A stretch of 62,751 bases of DNA, counting the filler, from Globobulimina sp. (lineage: Eukaryota): assembly GCA_003354225.1 (NCBI GenBank). It is 18 parts of 18 records of this genome, joined end to end, with 100 filler letters (N's around TTAATTAATTAA, not from the genome) between each part and the next. Parts side by side here need not be neighbours in the genome. Positions count along the whole stretch, not along the records: positions 45,410 to 48,798 come from PIVH01002923.1; positions 48,899 to 52,287 come from PIVH01002924.1; positions 52,388 to 55,775 come from PIVH01002925.1; positions 55,876 to 59,263 come from PIVH01002926.1; 14 more parts are not named here. One strand, 5' to 3'. Of this stretch, positions 45,534-57,336 are shown in pieces. The notes under the pieces are model-generated. The model made no database searches. It was not told the origin of the DNA and was given only the letters and a program-made list of their open reading frames with translations. Positions within the stretch are counted from its first letter, which is position 1; every line of letters begins with the position of its first letter. A program made the position numbers and the translations under genes.

Positions 45534-48323
45534 ATGGCAATGTTTTTGTTCTTAAATGCTGTTGTGTTGTTTGTAATTTCTGGTATTAATCAATTAACAT
45601 TTGCAGATCAGTCATTATTATTTGAACCAACGTCTTATTTATCATCAAACAAAAAAACCGCTCAACATAATATCAACATATTTGATACATTTGGAAAATT
45701 CATCCATTTAAATTATTTCTCGCGATATGGAGATCATGTAAATATATTTGAGTTAAAACCAAACGGATTAAATGATATTAAATCTGTTCAATGTGTCAAC
45801 GATTTTGCCAATACCATGAAAATAATGTTTACTCACAAATATTCCGCATTAAAATATGCTGAAATTATTAATCATCATATTCAAAATAACGGAAATAATA
45901 AATATTTTATCACCGGCAGTAATGATTGGAAATGTTACAATAAAAACGAAAAACGACATACCCCAATTTTACGTGAAATAGTGAGTGCCCAAAATAATGA
46001 AACAGTGTTAATAATTACTAGTAAATATGCTGCATATACTGACTTATTTGAACGGTTAGAAATGTCGCTTGTAACAAACGCAAATATGGATAAAAAATCA
46101 ATTAACTCTGCTACAAAACGTCGCAACTTATTGGATTGTGATGTTACACCATCGAGTAGTTCCTTATGGGACGATATTGTAAACGGAGTCGAATCATTGT
46201 GGGATGCAGTAACCTCTGTTATTGACGACATCGCAGATTTTGCACAGGACATTGAAGACATTTACGAGGACGCCACGGAACTTTATGATGATTTAACCAG
46301 TGGCGATTATACAAAAACTGTGTCCAACACATTCGCGCAATGGACATATAATTATAATGGAGCTACCAAGGCAGAAATATTAGATTTAGATTCTTCTGTT
46401 TCCTGTCAAAGTTGCTATGCTTATGCTGCTTTAACATATACCATAGAAATCACAATAAATGATTATGAATTAACATATTTTAAATTAATGGCCAGCGGCG
46501 ACGTTAAAGTAAATATTGAGATTGAAGCAAGTGAGAAATATTCCGACGAATTCAGCACCAAAACATGTCAAGTTACTGTGCCTGATCTTGGTTTTAGTAT
46601 TGCCGGAATTCACTTTGGTTTCAGCATATATGGCGAATTTGCAGTTGGTATTGAGGTTGATATGGCATTCTCGTATACGATATATGCCACAGCGAGTATT
46701 ACGCGTGGCGTTGAATACAATGCAGCGACAAATGCACAAAATTATATTTCGCAACAATCTTTTGAGCATGGATCAGTTGGCCCGGTCTTAGATTTTAAAG
46801 CTGCATCGATTACAGTGTATGGAAGAGCTACTTTATATTTAGTACTGTCATTGGTTGGCGATGTTTATATTGGCGTACAACCAAAATATGTTGTATCATT
46901 AGCAGAGGATGCAAATTATGGAGCAGTGAGTGGATGTTCTGTGGATTATACACCGTCTGCAACAGTTACAATATTTGTTGGTGCCACTATTGATTTAGCA
47001 CAGAAAGCAGCTGTTTGGAGTAAACAAGCAAATATAGAAACATATACATTACCTGCTGGCTCATCCGGATGTGTCACACATTCTGAAATTGCTTCACTTG
47101 AATCATGGGCGGACTCTGTAAGCTCTCCATGGTGGCGAAGGAGAAATATGTTGGCGAATATGGACAATGATTATGATATAATACAATTTTTTGTGAATTA
47201 TACAGCAACAAAAACTGTTTATAAATCAGAGATTAAGTGGGGTAAAAAAAATAATTTATGGACTGCTAATTTAACTGCAATGAGCAAAACGTGTGGCAAT
47301 GTCAGCATTGCTGAGTCTGGTCAGTTGATAGTGTATCCACAGAGTAACGATGGCGATGTATTATACGCGGTTTATCAGACTGTTAATCATATTTCAGTAA
47401 CAGATGGATATGCGATGAGCACTGACGTGCATTGTGTGGCGAGATATAGATTTGATAAAAATTATAGGAAATATAATACATCGAATAGAATATATCGATA
47501 TGATGTGAATTTGGTAAGTAATGATTATAAATGTGATGTGAATAAATCTATATTTGATGAAAAGTTTAAAGGCAAAATATTTTTACCAAAACAAATGGAT
47601 TCTATATTATTAGATTCTGCGTTTAATACTATATTAGTTCATGATGTCGATGATTGTCATATTTTTGCATTGACAAAGAATCGAAAACAAAGGAAACATA
47701 GGTTTCAAAATAATGATATGGATAAATTTGAGAATAATACATTTAAATGGAGCTCAAAGGCATGGTTTGGATCGTTTCATTGTGAAAATATGCATTCGGA
47801 TTTATCAGATTCATCCACATTATATTTCAATTCGATTAATTGGAAAACTGGAGATTTAAATGGTACGTTATTGATTGGTAACAATTCTACATTGGAAGTT
47901 ATTGGTAAATTAGCAATGAATGAGGATTTAACATTAGATTTTAATGTTTATGATAATAATAATCAATATTTATTGAGTGTAAATGGTGTTATTTCGGTAT
48001 TAGAAGATGGATCGGCGTTATTTTCAGGAGTTACACCAAAACAACCTAAATGTACAGGATTTATATTTCAAGGATTTATGAATACGGATCAATTTAATTT
48101 GGATATGGATGGACAAACTGGTGTTGGTCAAACAAATAAGGATGTTTTATCAGGAATTGGTTCACAGATTAGATCAGTTATCGCTTTTATATGTCTTGGC
48201 GTTGTTGTTGCGTTTATGTTGCTGTTGATTGTCGTTTGTGTGATGAAAAAATATTATGGATATAAATTTGTTAGAAATGAGCAATCGATATCATATGCAT
48301 TGATGCTCCAAGAAAATTTGTAA
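45534..48323 (+). CDS. 929-aa type I membrane/surface protein of unknown family
   Basis: Signal peptide, beta-rich core, C-terminal TM helix and short tail. Confidence 0.8.
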   Translation: MAMFLFLNAVVLFVISGINQLTFADQSLLFEPTSYLSSNKKTAQHNINIFDTFGKFIHLNYFSRYGDHVNIFELKPNGLNDIKSVQCVNDFANTMKIMFTHKYSALKYAEIINHHIQNNGNNKYFITGSNDWKCYNKNEKRHTPILREIVSAQNNETVLIITSKYAAYTDLFERLEMSLVTNANMDKKSINSATKRRNLLDCDVTPSSSSLWDDIVNGVESLWDAVTSVIDDIADFAQDIEDIYEDATELYDDLTSGDYTKTVSNTFAQWTYNYNGATKAEILDLDSSVSCQSCYAYAALTYTIEITINDYELTYFKLMASGDVKVNIEIEASEKYSDEFSTKTCQVTVPDLGFSIAGIHFGFSIYGEFAVGIEVDMAFSYTIYATASITRGVEYNAATNAQNYISQQSFEHGSVGPVLDFKAASITVYGRATLYLVLSLVGDVYIGVQPKYVVSLAEDANYGAVSGCSVDYTPSATVTIFVGATIDLAQKAAVWSKQANIETYTLPAGSSGCVTHSEIASLESWADSVSSPWWRRRNMLANMDNDYDIIQFFVNYTATKTVYKSEIKWGKKNNLWTANLTAMSKTCGNVSIAESGQLIVYPQSNDGDVLYAVYQTVNHISVTDGYAMSTDVHCVARYRFDKNYRKYNTSNRIYRYDVNLVSNDYKCDVNKSIFDEKFKGKIFLPKQMDSILLDSAFNTILVHDVDDCHIFALTKNRKQRKHRFQNNDMDKFENNTFKWSSKAWFGSFHCENMHSDLSDSSTLYFNSINWKTGDLNGTLLIGNNSTLEVIGKLAMNEDLTLDFNVYDNNNQYLLSVNGVISVLEDGSALFSGVTPKQPKCTGFIFQGFMNTDQFNLDMDGQTGVGQTNKDVLSGIGSQIRSVIAFICLGVVVAFMLLLIVVCVMKKYYGYKFVRNEQSISYALMLQENL

Positions 48324-48898
48324 AGAACTGACTTATTCCTAATGTAAAGTGTGCCCCTTTAATATTTTGCAAACAATGGAACCAGAAGCCGAATTCAAAC
48401 AGTCAGTTGACATGGCATTCTGATCCTATTCATGGTGTATGTGGTAATGAATATGATTCTGATTCAGATTTATCTGCATTGATAAGGAAACATTGGTGAA
48501 AAAGAAATTTACCACAAATTAAATAAATTAATTTATAGAGCAAAAAACAATAAATGTTCAATTAATAAAATAAGTCCGAACAACAATTAAGATTACAATC
48601 TGTCAATACATAAGGTATCTTCTTTTTTATTTGTTGAATTTTTTGTGATATTTAATGATATTTTAAATTGTGTTTGATTTAATTCATTTAACTCTTTATT
48701 CATTAAAATATATTCATCATATATCCAACTACGAACTCCATAATATTCATGTGATGCTTTTATTTGAATACTTTTCAATGATTTATGTTTAAACAAACNN
48801 NNNNNNNNNNNNNNNNNNNNNNNNNNNNNNNNNNNNNNNNNNTTAATTAATTAANNNNNNNNNNNNNNNNNNNNNNNNNNNNNNNNNNNNNNNNNNNN

Positions 48899-49971
48899 TC
48901 TTACAATTTTCGATATTTTATACAACATTTCCATATTTATTACCGTGTGTGATTGGATGTATTATATCTATGGCATCCTTTACATTGACGTTTATATACA
49001 TTGAAGATGTTCCTATCGCTGCAAATATAGTGAACAGACCCAACAGGAAAATATATAACGAATCAACTGCGAATTCGCAATCTTTGCCAATGGTATTAAT
49101 GGATGGATTAGCAACAATGCCGGCAGTGCCAGGTGGGAATGGTAGTAATTCGTTGAATGACTTTGATAGTATGTTTGATTCGACTGCATTGTCCATCATT
49201 GACTGTCATACCATGGGTTCAAATGCCTTGCATGATGGGGTGAAAGCAATTAAATCTTTTAAAGCTGAAAAACGTAAGTTATTATGCGATGAAAGTAGTC
49301 CTCACATTGACTCATTGAGATCTTTATTTGAACAGACATCAATTCTGCATGCGATATTAATTAATGTGACATTGATGTTAATGTTAATTACGTGGAATGC
49401 AATGGTTCCGTTGTTGTTAGCACAGTCATTGCATTTGGACTCATTAGCAATTGGTATGTATAGTGCCTATAATGGTGTCGTGTTATTTTTATTCACTTGG
49501 TATATTCAACCAGTGTTACTGAAAAAATTTGAACTGAAATCGTTGTATATTGGATGTGGTATTGCAATGTTGGCGGTGGTCGTTGGCCTTCCATCGGTTA
49601 CATTGATACCAAATATTTTAAGTTGGAATGTTATATTTGTTGTAATGTTGACATCATTTATTGGGGCATTTAAATTTGCATTTTCAACCAATTTATTTGT
49701 TGTAAGTTTAGTGTTTGTAAATAATTGCGTGCCGCCACAAGCAATGGGTCGTGCAAATGGATTAGCTCAAGCATTGGGCGCTGGTTTACGTGGAATAGGG
49801 CCGTTGATTGGCGGTGTATTATGGAGTTGGTCTGTGACATTGGATAATATGTTTGCTGTTTATATTGCATACGGATTTATGTGGATTCCTACTGCATATT
49901 CAATATTGCATTGTTATTGTTTTATTCATGGAGATATTCAAAAAACTTGGACTGAAAGATATAAAAAATGA
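48899..49971 (+). CDS. MFS transporter (ZIFL-like), 5' partial
   Basis: FPYLLPC, VNNCVP..MGRANGLAQ..RGIGP..GG.LWSWS. Confidence 0.85.
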
Positions 49972-50204
49972 TCAATTTCAACTGATGACTGGTGACTTTA
50001 ATTTGTGTAACAGTTTTTAGAGTCGATTGTAAGTGGGATTTATATTTATGTCTAAATATTTATCGATAAATATGCCTCGTTAAATATTTTAATATTCCAA
50101 AAAAAGACATTTTCCAATTTCTAGATACGAAAAACAAAAAAAAGTCTCGAGTTATTGCAAATTATAGCAATCAAGGATATAGCCTTTAGCATATATACAC
50201 AAAT

Positions 50205-51185
50205 ATGGTAAAACTGCTGGTAATTATCATATCAGTATCTGTGTTTTCCCTCTCAATTACAATTTTATGCATATGTATCGCAATAAGTGTCCTTCACAAT
50301 CTCCAAAACGACTACAAGAATACGAATATCAGCACAGTGGGCACACGGCAAGAACACCAATTACAAAACAAACGATATTTTACATTTGCGGCAGTTGTAT
50401 CAGTAATTCTGAATGTGTTTTGTTGTTTGTTCGTGTCAATGTATTCCATTTGGATAATATTTGAAGTGAATCAGGAATTGATTTGGTTCATCATATTACG
50501 CGCTTTGCCCACAATGTGTTGGTTCAGCTCAAAAATGTCCTTAATCTGGCTATTCAACGGTCGCTTATACCTTACATTCAAAAAGGGACTGCATCGGTAT
50601 TGGTCAAAGGCATATTTCTCATACATATCAATAAATATCATATTTACAATTGCCGTTCCTTCATTTCTTATTTGTGGCTACATTGGTATTTGGTACGGTA
50701 ATTATTGGCTTTCCTTTGGATTTGAAGCGTGCCGAGTTCTGTATTTTTTGATAACGTTTTATTTGCTTATAATGTTCAGCAAGAAAATGTTGACATTGCA
50801 ACGACTTTCTTATAGTTCTATCAATGATATCGAAATGACAGAGGATCGGCAAATAAAATTAGAGACAATTACTGTTTCCCAAATTGAAAAGCAAGAAGAA
50901 ATAATGTTTTTTATGCGTGTTACCACTCGGAATGCTATTTTGGTAATGTTTATATCGATATCGGCTTGCTTAGTCCAATTTTGTTGGTCCGTATTCCAAT
51001 TTATTGTGCCTTCAAATTATTTGACTCTTTTAATTCCATTAAATATGTTCAATGTGGACAGTGTGGTGAATTCGATCTGTATTTATTTATTATTTAGTTC
51101 AGGAAAAGATTTATATTTGAAAATATGTGGATGCTGTGATAACTGCTGTATCAAAATATGTCAAAAATACGCTAATTCTATCTGA
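50205..51185 (+). CDS. Orphan 7TM (GPCR-like) membrane protein
   Basis: About 7 hydrophobic helices; RLYLTF, DSVVNSICIYL.F..Y.KICGCC tail. Confidence 0.7.
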   Translation: MVKLLVIIISVSVFSLSITILCICIAISVLHNLQNDYKNTNISTVGTRQEHQLQNKRYFTFAAVVSVILNVFCCLFVSMYSIWIIFEVNQELIWFIILRALPTMCWFSSKMSLIWLFNGRLYLTFKKGLHRYWSKAYFSYISINIIFTIAVPSFLICGYIGIWYGNYWLSFGFEACRVLYFLITFYLLIMFSKKMLTLQRLSYSSINDIEMTEDRQIKLETITVSQIEKQEEIMFFMRVTTRNAILVMFISISACLVQFCWSVFQFIVPSNYLTLLIPLNMFNVDSVVNSICIYLLFSSGKDLYLKICGCCDNCCIKICQKYANSI

Positions 51186-52387
51186 CTTTGTTGATTTACT
51201 TGATCTGTTTCTAATCGACTGCTGTATCATATAATCTGTTTCTCTAATCGTCAAAATTCGGAAACTAGTATCTACTGTACATCAGATATTCGGAGATATA
51301 TCGATAATCTGATATATAGTTGTGACTGCAGTGAAATTAATTAGCACAGTTACAAAGTTTTCTAATCTCGTTTACCTTGACATTATTGAATGCCCTAATT
51401 AAATAAACAGCATAAACAGCGCAGATCTGCAGTTTGGGCATATAGAAACTGTAATTTACGATTAATAACACATTCTGAAAGGAATAATCAAATGTATAAT
51501 TTGAGGGTTAACAAATAGTATGTTCAACATATATAAACTTTCAGATAATATACAAAACCCAACTGACAGCAAAAGACAACGAATAGAAAAAAGCATATCG
51601 TGGACTAAAAATGAAATAAAAATGGTTCGCAATGCAAAGTAAATATTATGAATATATTAAAACAGTTTTGGATGGTTTGAACGCATGGTAATACTGATGT
51701 GCTGGCTGAGGTTGATAATAATGATAATGTCTGTTGTCAGAGGTCGTGGGTACTGTCAATGTATTCGTATTGGAATATTTTGGGAAATACCCACTCTGGT
51801 CCAGTGCTGCTCGAGGATAAAATCTGCGGATCCTTTGACATCATCATAGCCGTAAACTTATGCACTGTGATATAGCCCGCATGCTCAAAACCGATTTCCA
51901 CGAATATAGCATTCAAAATCTGTTCAATTTCCCGATTTTTTGGTGCCGGCGCGGTGCAAATAATAATTTTGTTGTTTTTTGTGTTTAGTGGGAAGGTTCA
52001 TATCATCCGGAGCAATGCGTGTTTTTTGGATGAATTTGGTGCTGTTAAACAGCATATTATTGGTTTATTGGATGTGAAAGATAAACTATGGGAAATAATT
52101 GGTTATGCCGTTATGGAGACATTGAATAATTTTGCATCTGGAGATGTGCAAAGTGGAGATGATGGTTTAGGACATGAGGATTTAGGATATGGGGATTTAA
52201 TAGGTGTGCACATAAACAATGAACAATACACCATAAACAATTAAAGGCCAGTATACAAATATAAATAATGATTGACCTTCTCCAATGNNNNNNNNNNNNN
52301 NNNNNNNNNNNNNNNNNNNNNNNNNNNNNNNTTAATTAATTAANNNNNNNNNNNNNNNNNNNNNNNNNNNNNNNNNNNNNNNNNNNN

Positions 52388-55300
52388 ATCCTGAATCTTT
52401 GCAAAATTATCGGCATTCACGGACTGCACACTTGAGCTCGACTGTGACTGTTGTTTCTTCTCTTTCTCTTTCTGTCTCCGCCGTTGCTGCTGCAATTGCT
52501 GATGTTGCAGCATTAATTGCTGCTGTTTCTGTTGATACATTTGTTGCAGCGCAATCTGTGCAAACCCCACGTCATTCAAATTAATATTCGCAATGGTATT
52601 ATTATAATATTGTCTTTTCGGAGTAATGCATTGTATAAAATATGCCAATGGATGCACCATACCATTGTTGCTATTGTTGCTATTATTATTTATAATATTT
52701 GGTATCTTTGGTGCCAATGGAATGCAATTCATGTGATCTTTACTGCCAACCACGCCATATTTCGGCCCAATAATCATAGTTTCATTTCGCTTTGTTTTCT
52801 GAAATTCAATCTGTTGTTCATACTGCATGCTCCGCAACGTTTGCAATCGCTGCAATTCCGATTTATTTTCAGCTTTCAAACTGTTCATATCTGCAATTCC
52901 CTTATTCTCTGCAATATATTTCCACTTTTTAAATTGTTGATAAATCAGCAATCTTTTTGTATGTAAATCCAATTGAGACTGTTGTCCAATCAGTGACAAT
53001 AAATGGGACTTATTATAATTTAAATTCACAGTATTACGGTTCTGCTGGTTACTGGTCACACATTTAAATATATTCTGATTGCATTTCTTATCAAAATTAA
53101 CGTCAATTCTGTCCATATCTATATACTGCAATTTCCGTTTTTTCATCGGCCTTACACTCGCCATTTGTTTCTGATGCGTGGATCTTATGTCATTGTTGTC
53201 CTCCAGTGATATCTTCCTTTTTTTGTTATGATTGAAATTCCCAATCATTGGTATCTGTGGTAATGGCAGTATCGGCACCGATGGCGGTGCGCTGTAATTA
53301 TTATTTGGAGTAAGCTGCCCCGGATTTAATACATTTTTAAGATATAAGTATCGATCTTCAATGCCCGAACAATCATCATTTTCAATGCCTTTCTGATGCA
53401 ATTTTATCTTAGGTTTTTCATGCAATTTGCCCAAACCATATGGCCTGGATCGACATAGCTTGCATGGACAATGCGGCACATATTTGCAGTTCATGTCATG
53501 TCTATGCATGGATGGAATGCGCGGGAACCATTTCGCAATAAACGAGGCATAGCAATGCAAATCATGTAAGGACTGCGCGCAAATAAAAAATTGTGCCAAT
53601 GTTTTCAAATTTGAATTTAAAACATTATTATTTGATGACAAATATTTATCCAGTCCACCACGAATGGCACGAATCAAAACATCAATTTTAAGCAAATCAG
53701 CAGTATTGTTATGGTTATAAATCGGTAATTGAACACCAATCGTTTCGACCGGATTTAATAATAAATAGTCAAAGATATTACGCACGCACTGCTCCGTTAA
53801 TATTTCGTCCTTCGTGCGATTGTTGCAAATAAACAGAACTTTCTTACATGGCAACTGATGATAGCCGGAAAATATTAATATCGAATTGTTGACATTGTCA
53901 TATTTGATGCGATGTTTCTTATCCTTATTCAGTGTATGCCCGGTCGTGAATAGCAAATCATAGCCTTTTTTCATTAAATGCCGCATTAATTTGGTCCCAC
54001 CGCGCCGTATCACCCTGCACGTCAACCAATTTTTCATTATGCTTTGCAAGGATAGCGGCACGATAATAATATCACACTGCAAAGTGGATAAATCAGCCAC
54101 GGTGTAATACAATAGATTGTTCAATGCATTATTGATCTTTTCATCATCGTCGGAGTGGATATTACAATCAATAGCGTTCCAATTCTCATTCTTATCCATC
54201 TCGCATTGTATGCGGTCACTGGGAATTAAGGCAGGATCTAAATACAGCCCTTTGCAGTATTGCACATAGCGTTGACCAGACACAATCTGCGTGCTTTGCG
54301 ATTGTCGATAGGCGAATTGGATCGGTATGGACTGCCAATGCACTTTGCCCGTATGTGCAATCAAGCGATTTACATATACCATCATATGAATATGCGGCTC
54401 GGCGCTGAAGCCTGTATTGCCAGAATAAGCGCATAAGTCGCCTTGTTTGACATAATCGCCCACCTTAAATTGAATGGATTTATAGCGTAAGTGTACTAAG
54501 TCACATTGAGAGCCATCTGCATGTAATATGGTGATGTAATTACACTTCTTTTCATATCCCAAGTCGGTGCCATGTTTTTTATGATGGTCCACAATATCCA
54601 CAATGATGCCGTCGCGCGGCGCGATTACTGGCGTTCCTATACAACACGCAAAGTCATAAGAGTTTATATAACCGCCTTTACTGTGCGAAAAGGTGCCGCC
54701 TGGGCCTTGCGAACATAATATCGGCACAGTATTATTGTGATTGGTATTGTGAGTGGTGTTGATGTCGCAAATTGAGGATAACATATCGGATAAATTGTTG
54801 TCGATGGCGAAAGGTAATAGATATTGAAATGAGTTGTTGTGTTGAGCTAAAATATTGACTTCTTTGTACATTAGTAAGGAGGGGATGGAACCTTTAATCT
54901 TTTCAGATAATTGCGAGTCAATTATTTGTTTATAATCGCAGCGTTTGAAAGTACAGATTTTAATGTTACTTAAATATTGCAATTGGTCTGCATTGATGGA
55001 GGGTGGTATTACAAATATTAATTTATTGCCGGAAATGATGCGGCGAAGAGAGTTAAATTTGGCAGCAAAGGAAGATATAAAATAGATATTGACATCGTAT
55101 TCAATGACAATTGATAACCATTCATAATGCGAGATGTTCATGGCATAAATATCCATACCATTGCCATTGCCATTATTACCATCGACATCGTTTATTTCAA
55201 ACCAGACATCGTCATTTAAATTAATTATCGTAACGGAAATAATATGTCCTCGTCGCAATCTAATGCCATTATACACTTTTTGGGCTTTCAATGCTGTGGA

Positions 55301-55609
55301 GACCTCTGAACAACGGATGTTTGCATGACAGGTACCTGTGAATAATTATGTGTCGGTTAATTGATTTTGTGTTGGTTGATTTAGAAAGTTAAAAACTAAA
55401 CGTGTCCATGAAAATTGTTTATCTTTGGATTGTCGTCCGGTATCACTGCGTAAATCTATATAAATATTACCTCGCATTCCAATAAACATTTTCTTGATTT
55501 CTTCTTCTAAAATATCACCGGGTAAGTTGGACATTAATATCTCTGCATGTGATTCTGATGTATGTTCACCCATTAAACCAAGTCCTCTTCTTGTTCGTGA
55601 ACCATTCAT
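52388..55609 (-). CDS. RRM + M23 metallopeptidase + macrodomain-like fusion with Gln-rich C-terminus; intron 55336-55401; 3' partial
   Basis: ILMSNLPGDILEEEIKKMF..ALKAQKVYNG (RRM across the intron); SQGPGGTFSH..YDF..GTPVIAPRDG..HL..SGNTGFSAEPHIH (M23); ADLSTLQCDIII..GYHQLPCKKVL (macro). Confidence 0.8.
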
Positions 55610-55875
55610 TATTAACTTAGTAAGTTGTTAGAGTCGTTGACATGAAACGAAATTAACTAGACAAAAAGTTAAATGTTGTAAGGGCTTTTAGAACATCCGA
55701 TAGCTTTATGAAGTAAAATCATAAAACGCACCGACGCACAAAATTTTCGAAAAAAGTGAATAAAAAAAACAATTANNNNNNNNNNNNNNNNNNNNNNNNN
55801 NNNNNNNNNNNNNNNNNNNTTAATTAATTAANNNNNNNNNNNNNNNNNNNNNNNNNNNNNNNNNNNNNNNNNNNN

Positions 55876-56526
55876 AATATATTTGATCCAAGTATCTCAT
55901 CTGACCAGGCAAAGAAAAAACTAGGCTTGGAAAGGACTTTTGTGGTCGGCTTTGTCGGCGCATTCATGCCCTGGCACGGTGTCGACGTTTTAGTGGATCT
56001 ATCGGAAAGAGTGGACGAGGTGGACATAAAATTCCTGCTTGTTGGTGAGGGGGGTAGCAAGGGGAGTTGCAAAAAACAAGTGCGTATAAAGGGATTGCAG
56101 GACAGAGTGCTTTTCACCGGGTATGTTCCTCATACAAGAATGCCGGAAACCATAGCAGCCATGGATGTAGTGATGGCACCTTTCCCTCGGGCTCATTTTG
56201 AAGGTTGTGGTGGCTTTTATGTATCACCATTAAAGATCTTCGAATATATGGCCATGGCTAAAGCTATCATTGCACCGCCACTTGGTCAAATAAAAGAAGT
56301 AATTACGGACGGAGAATCGGGAATCCTGATCTATTCCGAGGATACGACAGCGCTGAAAGAGGCGCTGTTACGATTGTACCACGACAAGGCATATAGGGAG
56401 CGCCTCGGCATGAACGCAAGAAAGAGAGTCGAAGAGAATTACACTTGGCGGGCAAATGCAGATAAAGTACGTAAACTGTGCCGTGACTCGCTCAATGCAC
56501 GCCTATTTCATAAAGATATAAATTGA
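55876..56526 (+). CDS. Bacterial glycosyltransferase family 4, 5' partial
   Basis: VGFVG.F.PWHGVD, SPLKIFEYMAMAKAII, YTW. Confidence 0.92.
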   Translation, partial: NIFDPSISSDQAKKKLGLERTFVVGFVGAFMPWHGVDVLVDLSERVDEVDIKFLLVGEGGSKGSCKKQVRIKGLQDRVLFTGYVPHTRMPETIAAMDVVMAPFPRAHFEGCGGFYVSPLKIFEYMAMAKAIIAPPLGQIKEVITDGESGILIYSEDTTALKEALLRLYHDKAYRERLGMNARKRVEENYTWRANADKVRKLCRDSLNARLFHKDIN

Positions 56527-56544
56527 TAGTAAGCCGTCAGCATA

Positions 56545-56550
56545 GGGGAG
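56545..56550 (+). promoter_or_regulatory. Shine-Dalgarno site (GGGGAG)
   Basis: Lies 6 nt upstream of ATG 56557. Confidence 0.7.
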
Positions 56551-56556
56551 TGCAAT

Positions 56557-57204
56557 ATGCTAAAAAGAACCATTTTTTTGTTAATAACGGATCCGATGAG
56601 GATTCCACTTCATCTGAGGGTTAAGCTCTTTTATCTATGGAGCAATCTCCTTGTTTTGTGGATTTCGTCAAAACAAAATATAGAAATAAAACGGGGGTTG
56701 ATTCTTAAAGGTCAACCACTGATCGATATCCGAAAAGGAAGCAATCTATATATTGGAGAAGGTGTAACTCTCAATAGCAGAAATAAAGAATATCATATTA
56801 ATATGCATTCACCCGTAAAGCTTTTTGCAGATAGACCAGGGGCGGAGATACGAATTGGTGATAAAACCAGAATTCATGGTACGTGCATACACGCATATGA
56901 ATCAGTCGTTATTGGTAATAACTGCTTGATAGCGGCAAACTGTCAGATTTTCGACGGTAGTGGTCATGATTTATCATTCCCTAATGTGGAAGATAGAATT
57001 ATTACGAGAGGTATAAGCAAGCCAATCAAAATAGAAGACAATGTCTGGATAGGAGCTAATTCAATAGTGCTACCAGGTGTTACGATTGGAAGAGGCTCGG
57101 TTATTTCTGCCAATAGCGTTGTTATTAAGGATATACCCCCCATGGTTGTTGCGGGTGGGAATCCAGCCATAATTATAAAGAATTATGACAAAGAATCACG
57201 ATGA
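56557..57204 (+). CDS. Hexapeptide-repeat (LbH) O-acyltransferase
   Basis: IGNNCLIAANCQIFD..H, IEDNVWIGANSIVLPGVTIG..VVAGGNPA. Confidence 0.93.
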   Translation: MLKRTIFLLITDPMRIPLHLRVKLFYLWSNLLVLWISSKQNIEIKRGLILKGQPLIDIRKGSNLYIGEGVTLNSRNKEYHINMHSPVKLFADRPGAEIRIGDKTRIHGTCIHAYESVVIGNNCLIAANCQIFDGSGHDLSFPNVEDRIITRGISKPIKIEDNVWIGANSIVLPGVTIGRGSVISANSVVIKDIPPMVVAGGNPAIIIKNYDKESR

Positions 57205-57336
57205 AAATAGGTAACAACCGTATTCTTGGGGATGGCACTTCTGCTAATCTTGGTTCATACAGCTTATGCCGATTCTCTAATTGCGAGATAAGTTGCCGAA
57301 GCAGAAAGCATTCTATCAATCAGCACGTTATCAGTC

